A DNA stretch of 64,000 nt from Raillietiella orientalis (lineage: Eukaryota). The stretch covers positions 1,116,001-1,180,000 of the forward strand of contig JAYWIR010000012.1 of NCBI GenBank assembly GCA_036172245.1, written 5' to 3'. The translations under genes were made by a program, and so were the position numbers. The notes under the pieces are model-generated. The model was not told the origin of the DNA, made no database searches, and was given only the letters and a program-made list of their open reading frames with translations. Positions 10,967-21,259 of this stretch are shown one piece after another. Each line of letters begins with the position of its first letter. Positions within the stretch are counted from its first letter, which is position 1.

Positions 10967-12150
10967 TTGCATCCGGTCACCCCAAGGCGCTTATTTAAAA
11001 AAAAAATATTTGCAAAAAAAAACAGCCATATAAAATATTAAAAAAATGTTTTTTTTTTGTAGTCGAGTCATATCACCACTACGGAGGGAGATGCCTCGGA
11101 GATGCTGCTTCTCGTGAGCAGCTCCTCGATGAGGTCAGCACAGGAGGAGTGGGGAAAGAGGTGAATAAAAATATAAAAAACACAAAAATTCAGTTTAAAA
11201 AAAACGTTGGAGGGAAGGGGGAAGGGAGGAGATAACATTTCCTTCTTAGCATACTCTGGAGTATATCGGAAGCTTCCTCCTTTTTTTCTTTTTTTTTCCT
11301 GTCGATGGCAGTGATGCGGCCATCTTGTCTCCTTCCTCATGAAGGAGCAGACGACTGCGACGACCTCATCATTCGACTGGCCTCTTTTAGTGCGCTTCTC
11401 GCCTCTGCGATCCCACGAAGGCAGCACGGAGCTGCAAGGGTGGAAGTTGCAAGCGACATTGAACCGCGTGTGAAGAGGCGCCGCAGGACCTCTTTGCTGT
11501 TGCCCATCGGGAGTGGGAGGGCCGCAGTGAAGCGTTCCCAGACACTCAGGAAAGCAACGCAATCCAACAACTAGGGCAGGAAGGTTTCTCGTTCCCCGCT
11601 TCTGGAACGGAGTCGGAACCGCACTTTGTCCGCGCGTTGCGTGGGATCGCCCAGTGCAGCAACTACGATGTCGAGTCCCGCCACTTCAGGGGAGCTGTCC
11701 AGAAACACCAGAGAGTGTTTCTGCCTCTTCAGGATGAATGTATAGGAGTTCCATCCAGCGACGAATTCCTTTGGGGGCGGCGGCAGGGGTGCATGCGTCA
11801 GCCAGTCGAAGATGCTTTCGGGTCGACGAACGGGAGAGGCGGAACGCTTGACCGCGGAGCGAACCACCCTTAATCGCATCGTACGAGGGCGGGAGAATTA
11901 GGATAGGATGACGGGACCAATCTCGAGGCGCCATTTCATCTGCTTAATCGGCGGCTTTCCGTTGCTTTGGATTTTTGAGCTTTCTTCTCGAATGACCATC
12001 AAGCTGAAGGTGCCTCCGCTCGGCGCTGCAGCATACCGAAAACGAGCATCCTCCTGAGCCGCCCGTTCCAGCCACCCCGGTGCTCGGAAAGGAATCCGGA
12101 ATGCCTTCCTTCCAGGAGCATCAGCGTTTCCAAGATCCTTGGCAACTTCT
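10967..12150 (-). mobile_element. LINE family B copy 2 (3' part)
   Basis: Motifs APLKWRD...LHWAIPRNAR and SRSGERETFLP*LLDCVAFLSVWERFTAALPLPMGNSKEVLRRL. It has the same T-rich 3' UTR tract and terminal motif as copy 1. Confidence 0.75.
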
Positions 12151-12699
12151 ATTTACTCTGTAGAGAAATGTCATTGAGCAGCCTAATTGTAGGTTGCGCT
12201 GCTCTCCGCGGGGCTAATGCGTATAATTTCATCCCGCAAGACAGCTCACGCAAGCGAGCGAAAGAATGGTTATGCGGTCATGCAACCGTCTGGGATCGAG
12301 GGACTTTTGCAGGTCTCTCCACGTAGCCCGGAGGAAGAGGCACGTGATAATCACTGGGAAGCGGGAGAAAAGTTCATTTCACTTTTTTATTTTTCGGGAA
12401 ATTTTTTTTTTTCGAAGAAGAACAACAACAAAAAAAAACAAGCAAATCGGAACTCGCAGGAGATGATTTTTGATAAATAATTACAAAGGAAAATTCGAGA
12501 ACGTTACCACGACTCCCCAATATCGTCGCATGCATGGAGGTACCGGCTCCCTCTCCCAGTTTCACTGAGAGATTAAGCGACACACCCACGCTGTGTGCCT
12601 CATGAGGCGCATCACACGCTTCATGCATGTATGATGCGTCGAAGGCCGCTGAGGGCAGAATGAAGAGGTCAGCAAGTTAACGCAACCGAGGTGATGGGG

Positions 12700-13387
12700 T
12701 GTGGGGAGAGAATGAAGAGAGACAAATAGGTGCGGGCACATCAGAGAAGGACGACAAAGGCGGCACGAGACCGCTCTTGGGGGCAAAAAACAACGACAAC
12801 AAAAGGAAAGTCTGCTGACCATATCCGACAGAGATTCCGATCCGAAGCCCGCGTTGGCAGTTGTCTGACTGCGGTGGCACCAAGCCTTGCGGGTTCGAAT
12901 CTCACTCGGGCAAGGGAACGGGAGGTAAGCCGTGAGCTCAGTCCTTCCCGCAGGATGACGCTGGTTGGTCTATTCGGGTGCGGCACTGGTGGAACCTGGA
13001 AACCCCTTGGATATTCTCGTTGACTGGTCGGGATCGGAAGTTGATCCTATGAGGTCATTCCAGGAATCAAGGAGTCCTTCAGGGTTCCCCTCTGGTTGTG
13101 CAAATGGAGCCTCTATAACGCACCATGGAACTGGTTGAAACCCCCTCGGGGGTTCCCTTTCCCGAGTGCCAAGAAGCGCGCAGCTCTTTTCAGGGTTCTC
13201 TTCAGAGGAGGATGCAAGGATCGGTTCCCTTGCGGGTTCCCTCTGGAGAAGAAATTCCAGGAGGGGATCTTCCTATGACTGGGAGAGCAACACGCACTCT
13301 CTTGTGGCGTGGTCAGTGTCAAAGAGCTCTGTGATCCTTTAGGAGGACGGTTCTTCGGCACTCTACGAGGCACACAAAAAAAAAAAG
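12700..13387 (+). mobile_element. LINE family A copy 2 (3' end with poly(A))
   Basis: Reverse-complement homology to 370-1080 and 20340-21080. It ends in ggacggttcttcggcactc...A11. Confidence 0.75.
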
Positions 13388-13399
13388 TTCAAAGGAAAA

Positions 13400-13950
13400 C
13401 AGCGAAGAGCTGGAAGAGCGAATGGTTTGCTAGGCAGAGGCCCAAGACTAGCTGAGTTGAATCTGGATGAGATCTGAGGTGGAATCCAGGCAGCTGCCGG
13501 GAGGAGGCGGCTGAAGCCTGCGAACGGAAATGCTGGGGTACACAGTGACGCGTCATCTCGTCAGCTTTGAAGCCAAAGGATGCCAATCATGGGATCGCGA
13601 CTTCAGCGGGTTGGCGAATTTGTGCTCCTTGAATTCAGCGATTCCTCACGGCACGTTCGCTCGTGCACGAACGCCTCGTACGGGCTGCTTTGCAAGCTTC
13701 AACGGTGACGTCATCTGCTCCAAGGGAGCGAATTTGCCATCGCATGAAAGGGAAAGACTGCAGACTTGAGGAGCACTTCAGGACCCTGCGGTCTGCTCGA
13801 TCGCTGCGTGCCTCACGGGATGCGAATCTGCACCTCGTGAAGCGCATCTGCTTAGGTACACGAGGAACGCTTCAGGGAGAGTGGATTGGTGCACGAGATT
13901 TGAACGGTATCCCTCCCGCGTCTTCGCAAGCATCGTTTGAAGATTAGAGG
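13400..13950 (+). mobile_element. Ty3/gypsy reverse transcriptase remnant
   Basis: Motifs AIPHGTFARA (~APATFxR), FNGDVICSKGANLPSHERERL (~YLDDIIIYSxxxxEHxxxL) and LNGIPPASSQ (~GIxPxxxK). Confidence 0.5.
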
Positions 13951-14299
13951 GTGGAAAAAATAAAAAAAATGAGGAACTGATAGTCCAGTTCAGGGAGTCG
14001 TCTTCTAAAGGAAAATGTCGGAAGGCCGTCGTAGATTCCAGGGGTATTCGGAGCAACTTGAAATCCGAGGATATTTGGACGGAGCGTCAGAGGATGGAGA
14101 CCGAACTGGTTCCCTCATATCAGGAAGATCAAGAATCCCTTCTCCATTTGCTACTGTCACCATGCTAGGGTTCTTGTCCGGAAGCAAAGGAAGCACCAAA
14201 CGAAAGGTTCCCACAGGATGACGTGGTCAAAGGGCACATGAAGGTGGCGGCGGAATTTTTTCTCGTGCCGGAAATGAGAGTTCAGTCCGGTTCGGGGCA

Positions 14300-14780
14300 G
14301 GACATTAGATTAGTCATTCGCAGTTTTGAGGGATTTCGTGTCGCTCACGAGAGCCCCCCTGCGGTATATCTGCTAGCCACTCCCTTGGCCTGAAGCCAAG
14401 ATGCCCGTGGTCCTTGTCTTCGTGAATCTGAGCCGAATTTTGACCTCCATCAATTCCAAAACGACCGCCACTTGAGACGCTTGAGTCTTCCCTACCTGGA
14501 CCACAGCTTCTGAACGATGGCATCGTGTCCAATTCCTTGGGAATCCCGTGAAGTGTCTCACCCACTTCCATGAACCACCTAGATCGGAACAAGTGAGTGC
14601 CTGAACTCATCAGCGTCTTGGAGAACGAAGAGTACCTTTAGCTGCGACGCGGCCTTTCTCAGGTTTTACGCGTTTCAAATCCGCGCCGGCGCACTGTGCC
14701 CCTTCGTTAACGAACAAAATTTCGTCCGACGTGTCGAAAGGCTTCCAGGAGCCAAAGTCAAACTTTCCTGTAGACGGAAG
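14300..14780 (-). mobile_element. Ty3/gypsy integrase remnant
   Basis: Motifs SFSK (~DxFSK), WFMEVGETLHGIPKELD (~RLHGIPKxIVSD), GIDGGQ (~QTDGQ) and PREWLADIP (~PxxWxxxLP). Confidence 0.6.
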
Positions 14781-16289
14781 AGTCTTGGATCCCTGAAGCC
14801 TCTTCCTGCCCCGAGATCCCTAAGTCAGGCAAACAGACAGGAAAAAAAAATGTTTTTTAATCTCCTGGATGAATCTGGAAGGAATGTTCTTCATAATCTG
14901 CGAAAAATAAAACTCTGCTCCAGGACCAACGGGAGAAGGGACGCCTCGATCTGGCCTTTGCGGCACGAGAAGAAAAGTTAACTCGTCTCTTCGAAATTGG
15001 AGGTCCTACGCGCGTGGGCCAACTTGCTGGAGGCGCCCAATCCCGACCAGAGCTGCGTTCCTGCTGCTGCTACCGCAGAAGTCAGGCACCAGACAAATAG
15101 GAGCACCCGTAAATAACCGTTCACTGGTATCCAAGATATGATGCCAGGTAACTTCCAGGAAAGTAGTCACAGAAGAAAAGGTACCCATAAATCTGGCACG
15201 TGTCACTCTGGCTCGAAGTCCCGATAACCTGGGCTTTTACGGGACAGCGCATCCCGATTTTCAGTTTGGTTCGTGGAGTTGGAACCTCAGAGGGAAACGT
15301 TTATTCCCGTCCCTCCTCCAGACGTCTCCTCAGTTTGCTCTTTGGCTTCTCTTTTGCTTTGATGCTTCCACTCTGCTGAATGTGGTTCTTTCTATGACAC
15401 CGTTCCTGTCCTCCACATCCTCCTCCTCTGCCTGTCATATCTTTCTTTCACACTTTTTTCACTCTTCACGTCGCTTTCTGAGGTCTTCTCACTCCAAGGG
15501 CCCTTCACAGATGCCGTGGCTCGCGTCCCCAGTGATCTTTACGGTTCCACACATAAATCTGACCCGTATTTTATTCACTCTTGCCCCATGAAGAACGCGC
15601 CAGTCTGCGAGCTCACGCCGGCAAAGAGCCGGAAGTCCCAGCCAAGTGCAGCAAGGGGCGGAGGTTTCGCCACCGCCGGGCAATCCAGTCATCGCCGGGA
15701 AAACCTGGGATGGCTGGCAGGGAAGTCTGCAGCGACGAAGGCATTAAGCGCGCGGTGAGCGAGCAAGCACATCCTCTCACCGCCGAGAGCGACTCTTTGG
15801 GAAGTGTAGCAACCTGGCAGCCAGCACGCGGATCTCAGCCCGCTGCCGGAATGCCCGGCCCTTCTCCCTGCCTTCTTCCGCTTCCCATCCCTTGTTGCTC
15901 GTTCAACAACCCACTGAGGTGGGCGGAGCGACGAGGAGTGCATGCGGTCACGCAGTCGCGGTCTTCCTCGAGGCCATCCTTCTCCTCTCCCTGCTCCGGA
16001 TGCTGATGAGGGTAGATGGAGAAGGGACGACGCCTTGATTGGCCTCTATGGAGCTCTGCTCACGCGAACCCAGTGGTCTGACAGAGATGACCCTCTCCAG
16101 AGACCATTCCGCTACTAGGACGCCAGGGTTAGCGGCTGCGGGCTGGGAACCCCAGGCTGCAGAGATGCACGAGGATGTCTAACGAAACGGCAAGCCCACT
16201 GCCAGCTGAGGCGTTTCATGTGACCTCAACTTGGCTGTAGGAGCATGAAAGTCTGAAAGATGCTCCTCCGGAGACCCAGACGCAGGGAC

Positions 16290-16650
16290 TTCCAAGGTGT
16301 TCTCGAATTCGGCTGGTTCCTTCTTCGACGGGGGTGCTGGTCCGAAAGATGGCCGCTTGGACACGTCCGGAGGGAAGGGAACTTTCCACTCGGTCTCCGC
16401 CTCTCGAGCTGCTTCCTGGACCCTCCGCTCGCGGCGAAAAGCCCAACGGAACGAGATGCGTCCCTCCTTTTCGCCTTCTTCATCTCGCGTCACGTGACTC
16501 ACAATCCGGTGGTGGTGCCCGCGGCCTCCTCCGATGCCCTCGGAATACAGCTGCCCTCTCGAGTGAGTCGGGTTTCCTTGCCGACGGGTTCCACTGCGCA
16601 CTCCCGATCAATTAGAGGAAATCCATATTCCCTCCCGGGGAACCTGTCAT
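16290..16650 (+). mobile_element. Possible DIRS-type tyrosine recombinase remnant
   Basis: Motifs FGWFLLRRG (~GFLRxxE), TLRSRRKAQ (~LxxSKTDQ), NPV (~CPV) and TAHSRSIRG (~HSxRxGG). All are weak. Confidence 0.3.
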
Positions 16651-17264
16651 CTGATGGAGATCGGCCCTCCCCCCTTCCCCCTCCGCAGCGCCTCTTTCAG
16701 GATCGTTTTAAAATCATAAGAGCCTTAATTACACGATTCCTCGGATCCAATTAAATTTCGCGTCCCTTCGTGACGGCGCGCTTCCCGTGCGCGAGGCAGA
16801 GGCGGGAGCGCAGCCTTGGCTCCACGCGCGCGCTTCGTGCGCGCCGCCCGTCTGCGCCCGGTCGCGATCACGCACGAGCGGTGTGCGGAGGAAGCGGAGG
16901 TAGAGCCCTGGAGGGAGCGACAGCAAGCGCTCGCATCCCCCCGGAAAACGGCGATCGGGTCGGATGCCCGAGGTGTCTGCAGTTGTCAAAGCGCCCCGGA
17001 AAAAGAAGAGGAGCTCCTTTCGGCCCCGCGCGGGATGCCTTCGTCCAATGCACGCGGCCGGGACGAAGGGAGGGGACGCAGCAGCTTCCCCTCAAGGAAG
17101 GGAGGGAGGAATTGGCGCATTCCTGATCATGGAAGCCAGTTCTTCGGTGCTGCCGTGTTTTTCCGCCCGCCCCTCTTCCAGAAAGCGTAATGCCCGGCCC
17201 TTCCTTTCCTCAAGGTGGGAACGCCATCGATCATGATCACGGATCACGGAAGGAGACAACCAAG

Positions 17265-17657
17265 AGCAGTTCCGTGAGTCGCTCCTTTCAGGAAGAGCAG
17301 GCGGGGATGAGAGGGAGCACACAGCCGTCCTGCCGGGAGTCTTCAATGGGGCCTCCATGAAACGGCAGCGACCGCCGCCAAAAAAGGCGGGAGAGGCGAA
17401 GAGGAGGACGGGCTGCCCGCCTCTCGGAGGCTGGATAGGAGAAGGAGGAAGGGAGAAAGAAAGGAGGAGTAAGAGAAAGAAGGGAGGAGGAGGAAGAGAG
17501 GATGAAGAGGACGAGAAGGAAGAAAGGAAGAGAGATTGGAAGAGGAGAGGGAGGAAAGGAGAAGGAGGAATAGAGGAGGAAGAAGAGGACGAAAAGGTAA
17601 AAAGGAGGAGGAAGAAAGGTGGAGGAGGATGAAGAGGAGGGAGAAAGGAAGAGGAGG
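17265..17657. repeat. Short interspersed repeat C, copy 1, with ~220-bp polypurine (GA-rich) tract
   Basis: 17265-17440 aligns with 19350-19525 (for example tcctgYcgggagtcttc and ggcagcgaccgccgcc). 17438-17657 is almost pure G/A. Confidence 0.75.
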
Positions 17658-17759
17658 TTGCCATAGTTGAACTGGGAATTTGGGACGGCTTTCCTGCTCC
17701 CTGAACGCTGGCAGTCGGACGCCTGCAGGACACGAGGATTCAAGCCCAGATCAATCCGC

Positions 17760-18300
17760 GATCGGCATTGATGTCGCGAGATGAAGTGGAAAATCCCCGA
17801 GCTGGAACATCTGCGCACTAATGGGGAAAGTGGCTCTGCCCGTCAGATTGCGTGGATTTCAGTCAGGAAGGGCGTCGAGGAAGGAGCGCTTTGTCTGCTC
17901 GGGAAGATCACGGGAGAACCATCAATTTCTTTACGGCCCATTTCGTTCGCATCCGAGTCAATAAAATCGAAACGGGGAAGAAAAGAAGAAAAACACTCAG
18001 GCGCGGAGCCGCGTGTGTCGCATCGGATGAAAAGACAAGGGCAGTCGCCGTCACCTCGGAAGGAAGACGCTTCGCTTCCTCCTACAGGGTGCGCCATGGT
18101 AGCAAGGCTCGATTGCGGGGAAACGGGTGGCCGCACGCTTCTTTCCGGGGATCTTTCTGCCAGCACTGCCTGGGGCTGACGAGGAGACGCGGCTCGATGC
18201 GCCTGGAAGAAGCCTCCCGCCGTCTGCCACGTCCCCGGAAGGACCCCGGCGAGGACGGTGTGGTGCTGTTCGCTACCCGCACACGGCTCCCTAGGGACTC
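17760..18300 (+). mobile_element. Ty3/gypsy RNase H remnant
   Basis: Motifs LRPISFASESIK...HSGAE (~RPIAFASRxL...YSxxE), EGRRFASSYRVRH (~LxGRxFxxxTDH) and HVPGR (~HxPGxxN). Confidence 0.55.
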
Positions 18301-18999
18301 CTTTTCGAGGCAGCCGAGGAGAAGAGGCCTCGCTCATGGAGGCATCCCGGCTTTGCTCCGGGTGACCCCGGAAAAGGGAGCTGATGCTTCCTTCACGGAG
18401 GACGAGTGGCAATCAAGCCGCCACGGGCACCGATGGCTCTCCAAGCCCGAGTGCCCACGAATCCTGGCGGTCTCGCTCCCACGCCTTCAGAGGGACACAT
18501 CTAAACACTGCGCCTCCCTGACCACGTCCAAGTCGATCCGGCCTCCCGCTTCCCCACAAACCTTCTTCCTTGTACTCCCGCCATTCGCCTGCCCCTCTCC
18601 CGTAATGCGCAACAGTATGGAGAGGCAAACGCAGCTAATTAGAAAGCGATCCGTTTTTCGCGGAGCCGGGGAAGGCTACGGGAGAGGAACTTGTCTGCCA
18701 TTCCTTCCCATTCTGTCCTGTGCTACTGGCTGCTGACTACATCTGTGCTCGCCGAGGTAACACGTACCTTCGACCCCTTGAATTTTCTCAAAGACTCGGC
18801 AACTGGTCGTCAGAGAGGTGGCTTTCTCGAAAGTTCCCTGACACCGCCTTGCTGCAGGGGCACTGGAGTGACCGGAAGGAGGAGAAGAGCCGGACTTCGG
18901 TTTGGACCTCGCAGCTTGAAGCCCAGGATTCCCTCTTGTCAGAGGGCATCTTCCTGGCGAGGCAGATCACAAGAACGATGAAATCTGCGCTAGGTGGCT

Positions 19000-20290
19000 G
19001 AAGCCGTTCTTTTTTCGTACCGCACGCAAAAAAAAGGGCTGTCCACAAGCGTCTCTTCCAGCTTTACACTATCTAAGCAGGGCTGCCGAAGTCGTTAATC
19101 AATCCAACGTAGATGAGAGACTAGCTGGTTCACAGGGCTCAGTTGTGAGCCAGCCAGCAACGCAGTCAAAAGGAATGAATACTCCTTTCTCTCGAAAATG
19201 TTCTGGGAAGCTGCTCTCGAACCAATGACTCTTCTCGATCTTCTGGATCCGCTGATGTTCTCCTGGAGAGGCTTTGCCGAGTCTGGGAACGCTAACACTG
19301 TACTGGACAAGGCACTTTGGAACGCTTTCGAGAGATCCTGGCCTCTGGGCAAGCCATTCCATGCATCGTTCCCTTCAGAAAGTGCAGGCGAGGATGGAGG
19401 GAGGGCACAGGCATCCTGTCGGGAGTCTTCGAGGGATCCTTTGAGAGGTGGCAGCGACCGCCGCCGAAAAACGCGGGAGAGGAGAAGAGAAGGACAGGCC
19501 TCCCTCCTCTTGAAGGCTGAGAAAGAGAAGAAGGAAGGAATCAAGGGAGGAGGAAAGGAGGGGGGATACCATTCGGGATACTGGAAGGTGATGCTCCTTC
19601 TTGCGACGTGCTCAACTGTTGAGAGAAGGACACACTCTGAAACATTACTCAGACTGGACGCGGAAGTCATGGACGCCGGAATCCACGACATGATTTCTGC
19701 CGAATCATCGAAGCAGATCTTTGTCAGCGTTTCTCCAGAGTCCCGCTTGACCGTTCCCGGATATGGATGCGGGACTTGCCTGTATGTGAGGCTGCTTTCT
19801 GGTGGTTGGCTGTAAAGTAGCCGTGATAAACCACGGCTCATCATCTCGTGGTACCGTCCTGGTGAAGATCGCCATCAACTCGGGAGGTTCTAACATCCGC
19901 TGAACAGTAGGCATCGCGGCTAGACACCAGGAAAACGAAGTGGATGCAGATGGTCCCTGAAACGGGCGGGCGGAGCAGCTCCTCTAGGAGGGAAGAAATA
20001 TTTCTTGGGGTCTCCTCGGAACTGCAGGGAAAGGAAGACCTCAACAACTGGAGAACTTCAGAGAACCTCCCGCATGGGTTCGGTTGGTTTCCGCGCCCAT
20101 TCATTTCAGGTACAAACTGGTTTGCTTGTCCTGGACGTGGCCTACAGCCATCTTGAGAGCCCTGCCTGTTTGTCTGACGCTCAGTTTCTGCAGCACCTGT
20201 GGCTCTGCTGAATTCGCAGCTACTCCTTACAGAGCAGTTGTCGTTCAGATGGGCTGGAGGACGACAAATGCACAAGATGGAAATCCTTCT
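19000..20290 (-). mobile_element. Ty3/gypsy integrase remnant interrupted by repeat C
   Basis: Motifs CGRFSEV (~VDRFSK), RTVPRDDEPWFI (~xIxSDxDPxF) and SGNGQAGLWRNADKDLLR (~PQxNGQAExxNxxLxxxLR). Confidence 0.5.
19350..19565. repeat. Short interspersed repeat C, copy 2
   Basis: Same-orientation homology to 17265-17460, with a shorter GA-rich tail. Confidence 0.75.
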
Positions 20291-20319
20291 GGGTTCTTCT
20301 GTTTTCGTCTCCTCCTTCC

Positions 20320-21200
20320 AGCTTTTTTATTTTTGTCCGGGTTTTCTTTTTCCTGGTTCACCAAGTGCTGAAGAACCGCTCTCCTTAGAAGGCGCTCACA
20401 AAGCTCTTTAAGCACCATCCACGCCACCCGAGGATGCGTATCAACTCTTCTAATTAGAAGGTCATCCCGTAGGGACCATCCTATGAATCCAGGGAAGGCT
20501 CCTAAGAAAAAATTCCGTTCCTCTTATTCTTTGGAGGAAACCCCGAAGGGAACCTCTCTTCCTTATTCTCTCCGGAGGGACTCCTGGTTTGCGGTGGCCG
20601 CTCCTGAATTTCTCCTCTGGAGGAAAGCCGCAAGGGAGTCGCTCTTCATTTATCTTCCTCTGAAGAGAACTTCGAAAGGAGCAGAGAGCTCCTGACACTC
20701 CGGAGAGGTCAACCCTCCGAGAAGGTATCAACCAGCTCCACGGTACGCGGTAACGAGTCAACCCCGAGGGAGGAAGGACGTCTCTATTTCTACAACCGGA
20801 AGGCGAAAAACCACGAAGAGCTCTTCGATCCCTGGAAGGACTTCGGACCGTCCACTTCTGGTGATGGCCATTCAACGGGGGCATCCTCGTTTCTGGCCTC
20901 CACGAGTGCCGTCGCACCCGAATAGGCCAACCAGCATCATCTCGCTGGGAGGGGTAGGCACTCAAAACCCACTACGTACCCTCTCCGTTTCGGCGTCGGC
21001 CCCTTCCCGTGAGGGATTCGAACCCGAGACTCTTGGCTTAGTCCGCAGCCACACGGGTCAGATTTGCAAGGTGTGCTATGCTCCTCGTGTTTCCACCTGG
21101 GACGGACTTCACCATAGGCGAAGACGCCGTTCCGATGAACGATGCAAACTCCGGAAGACACGTGTCATTCTCCGATCCTCAGCTTTCCTGGAGCAGGAAT
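20320..21200 (-). mobile_element. LINE family A copy 3 (3' end)
   Basis: Colinear with 370-1080 (aagcaccRtccacgcca, atgaatccag, accagctccaYggtacg). The T-rich tail is at 20320-20352. Confidence 0.8.
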
Positions 21201-21259
21201 TTCGACAGCTAATGAAGCTGACAAGAATTTAACGCCGCGGAGTCTTTAATTTGAATGTC

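Noticed and set aside
12860..12910. Functional tRNA gene
   Set aside because: There is no acceptor stem or D-arm, and it lies inside LINE family A. It is kept only as a low-interest B-box observation.
14450..14590. Myb/SANT trihelix-like motif (GFPRNWTRC)
   Set aside because: The other frame gives a better ordered gypsy integrase match (LHGIPK, DGGQ, PREW).
17092..17733. S/F/P/L-rich and E/R/K-rich ORFs
   Set aside because: They are translations of the GA/CT tract, which lacks stop codons.
17852..18736. 294-aa ORF as a gene
   Set aside because: It is Arg/Ser-rich, and the gypsy RNase H motifs are split among frames.
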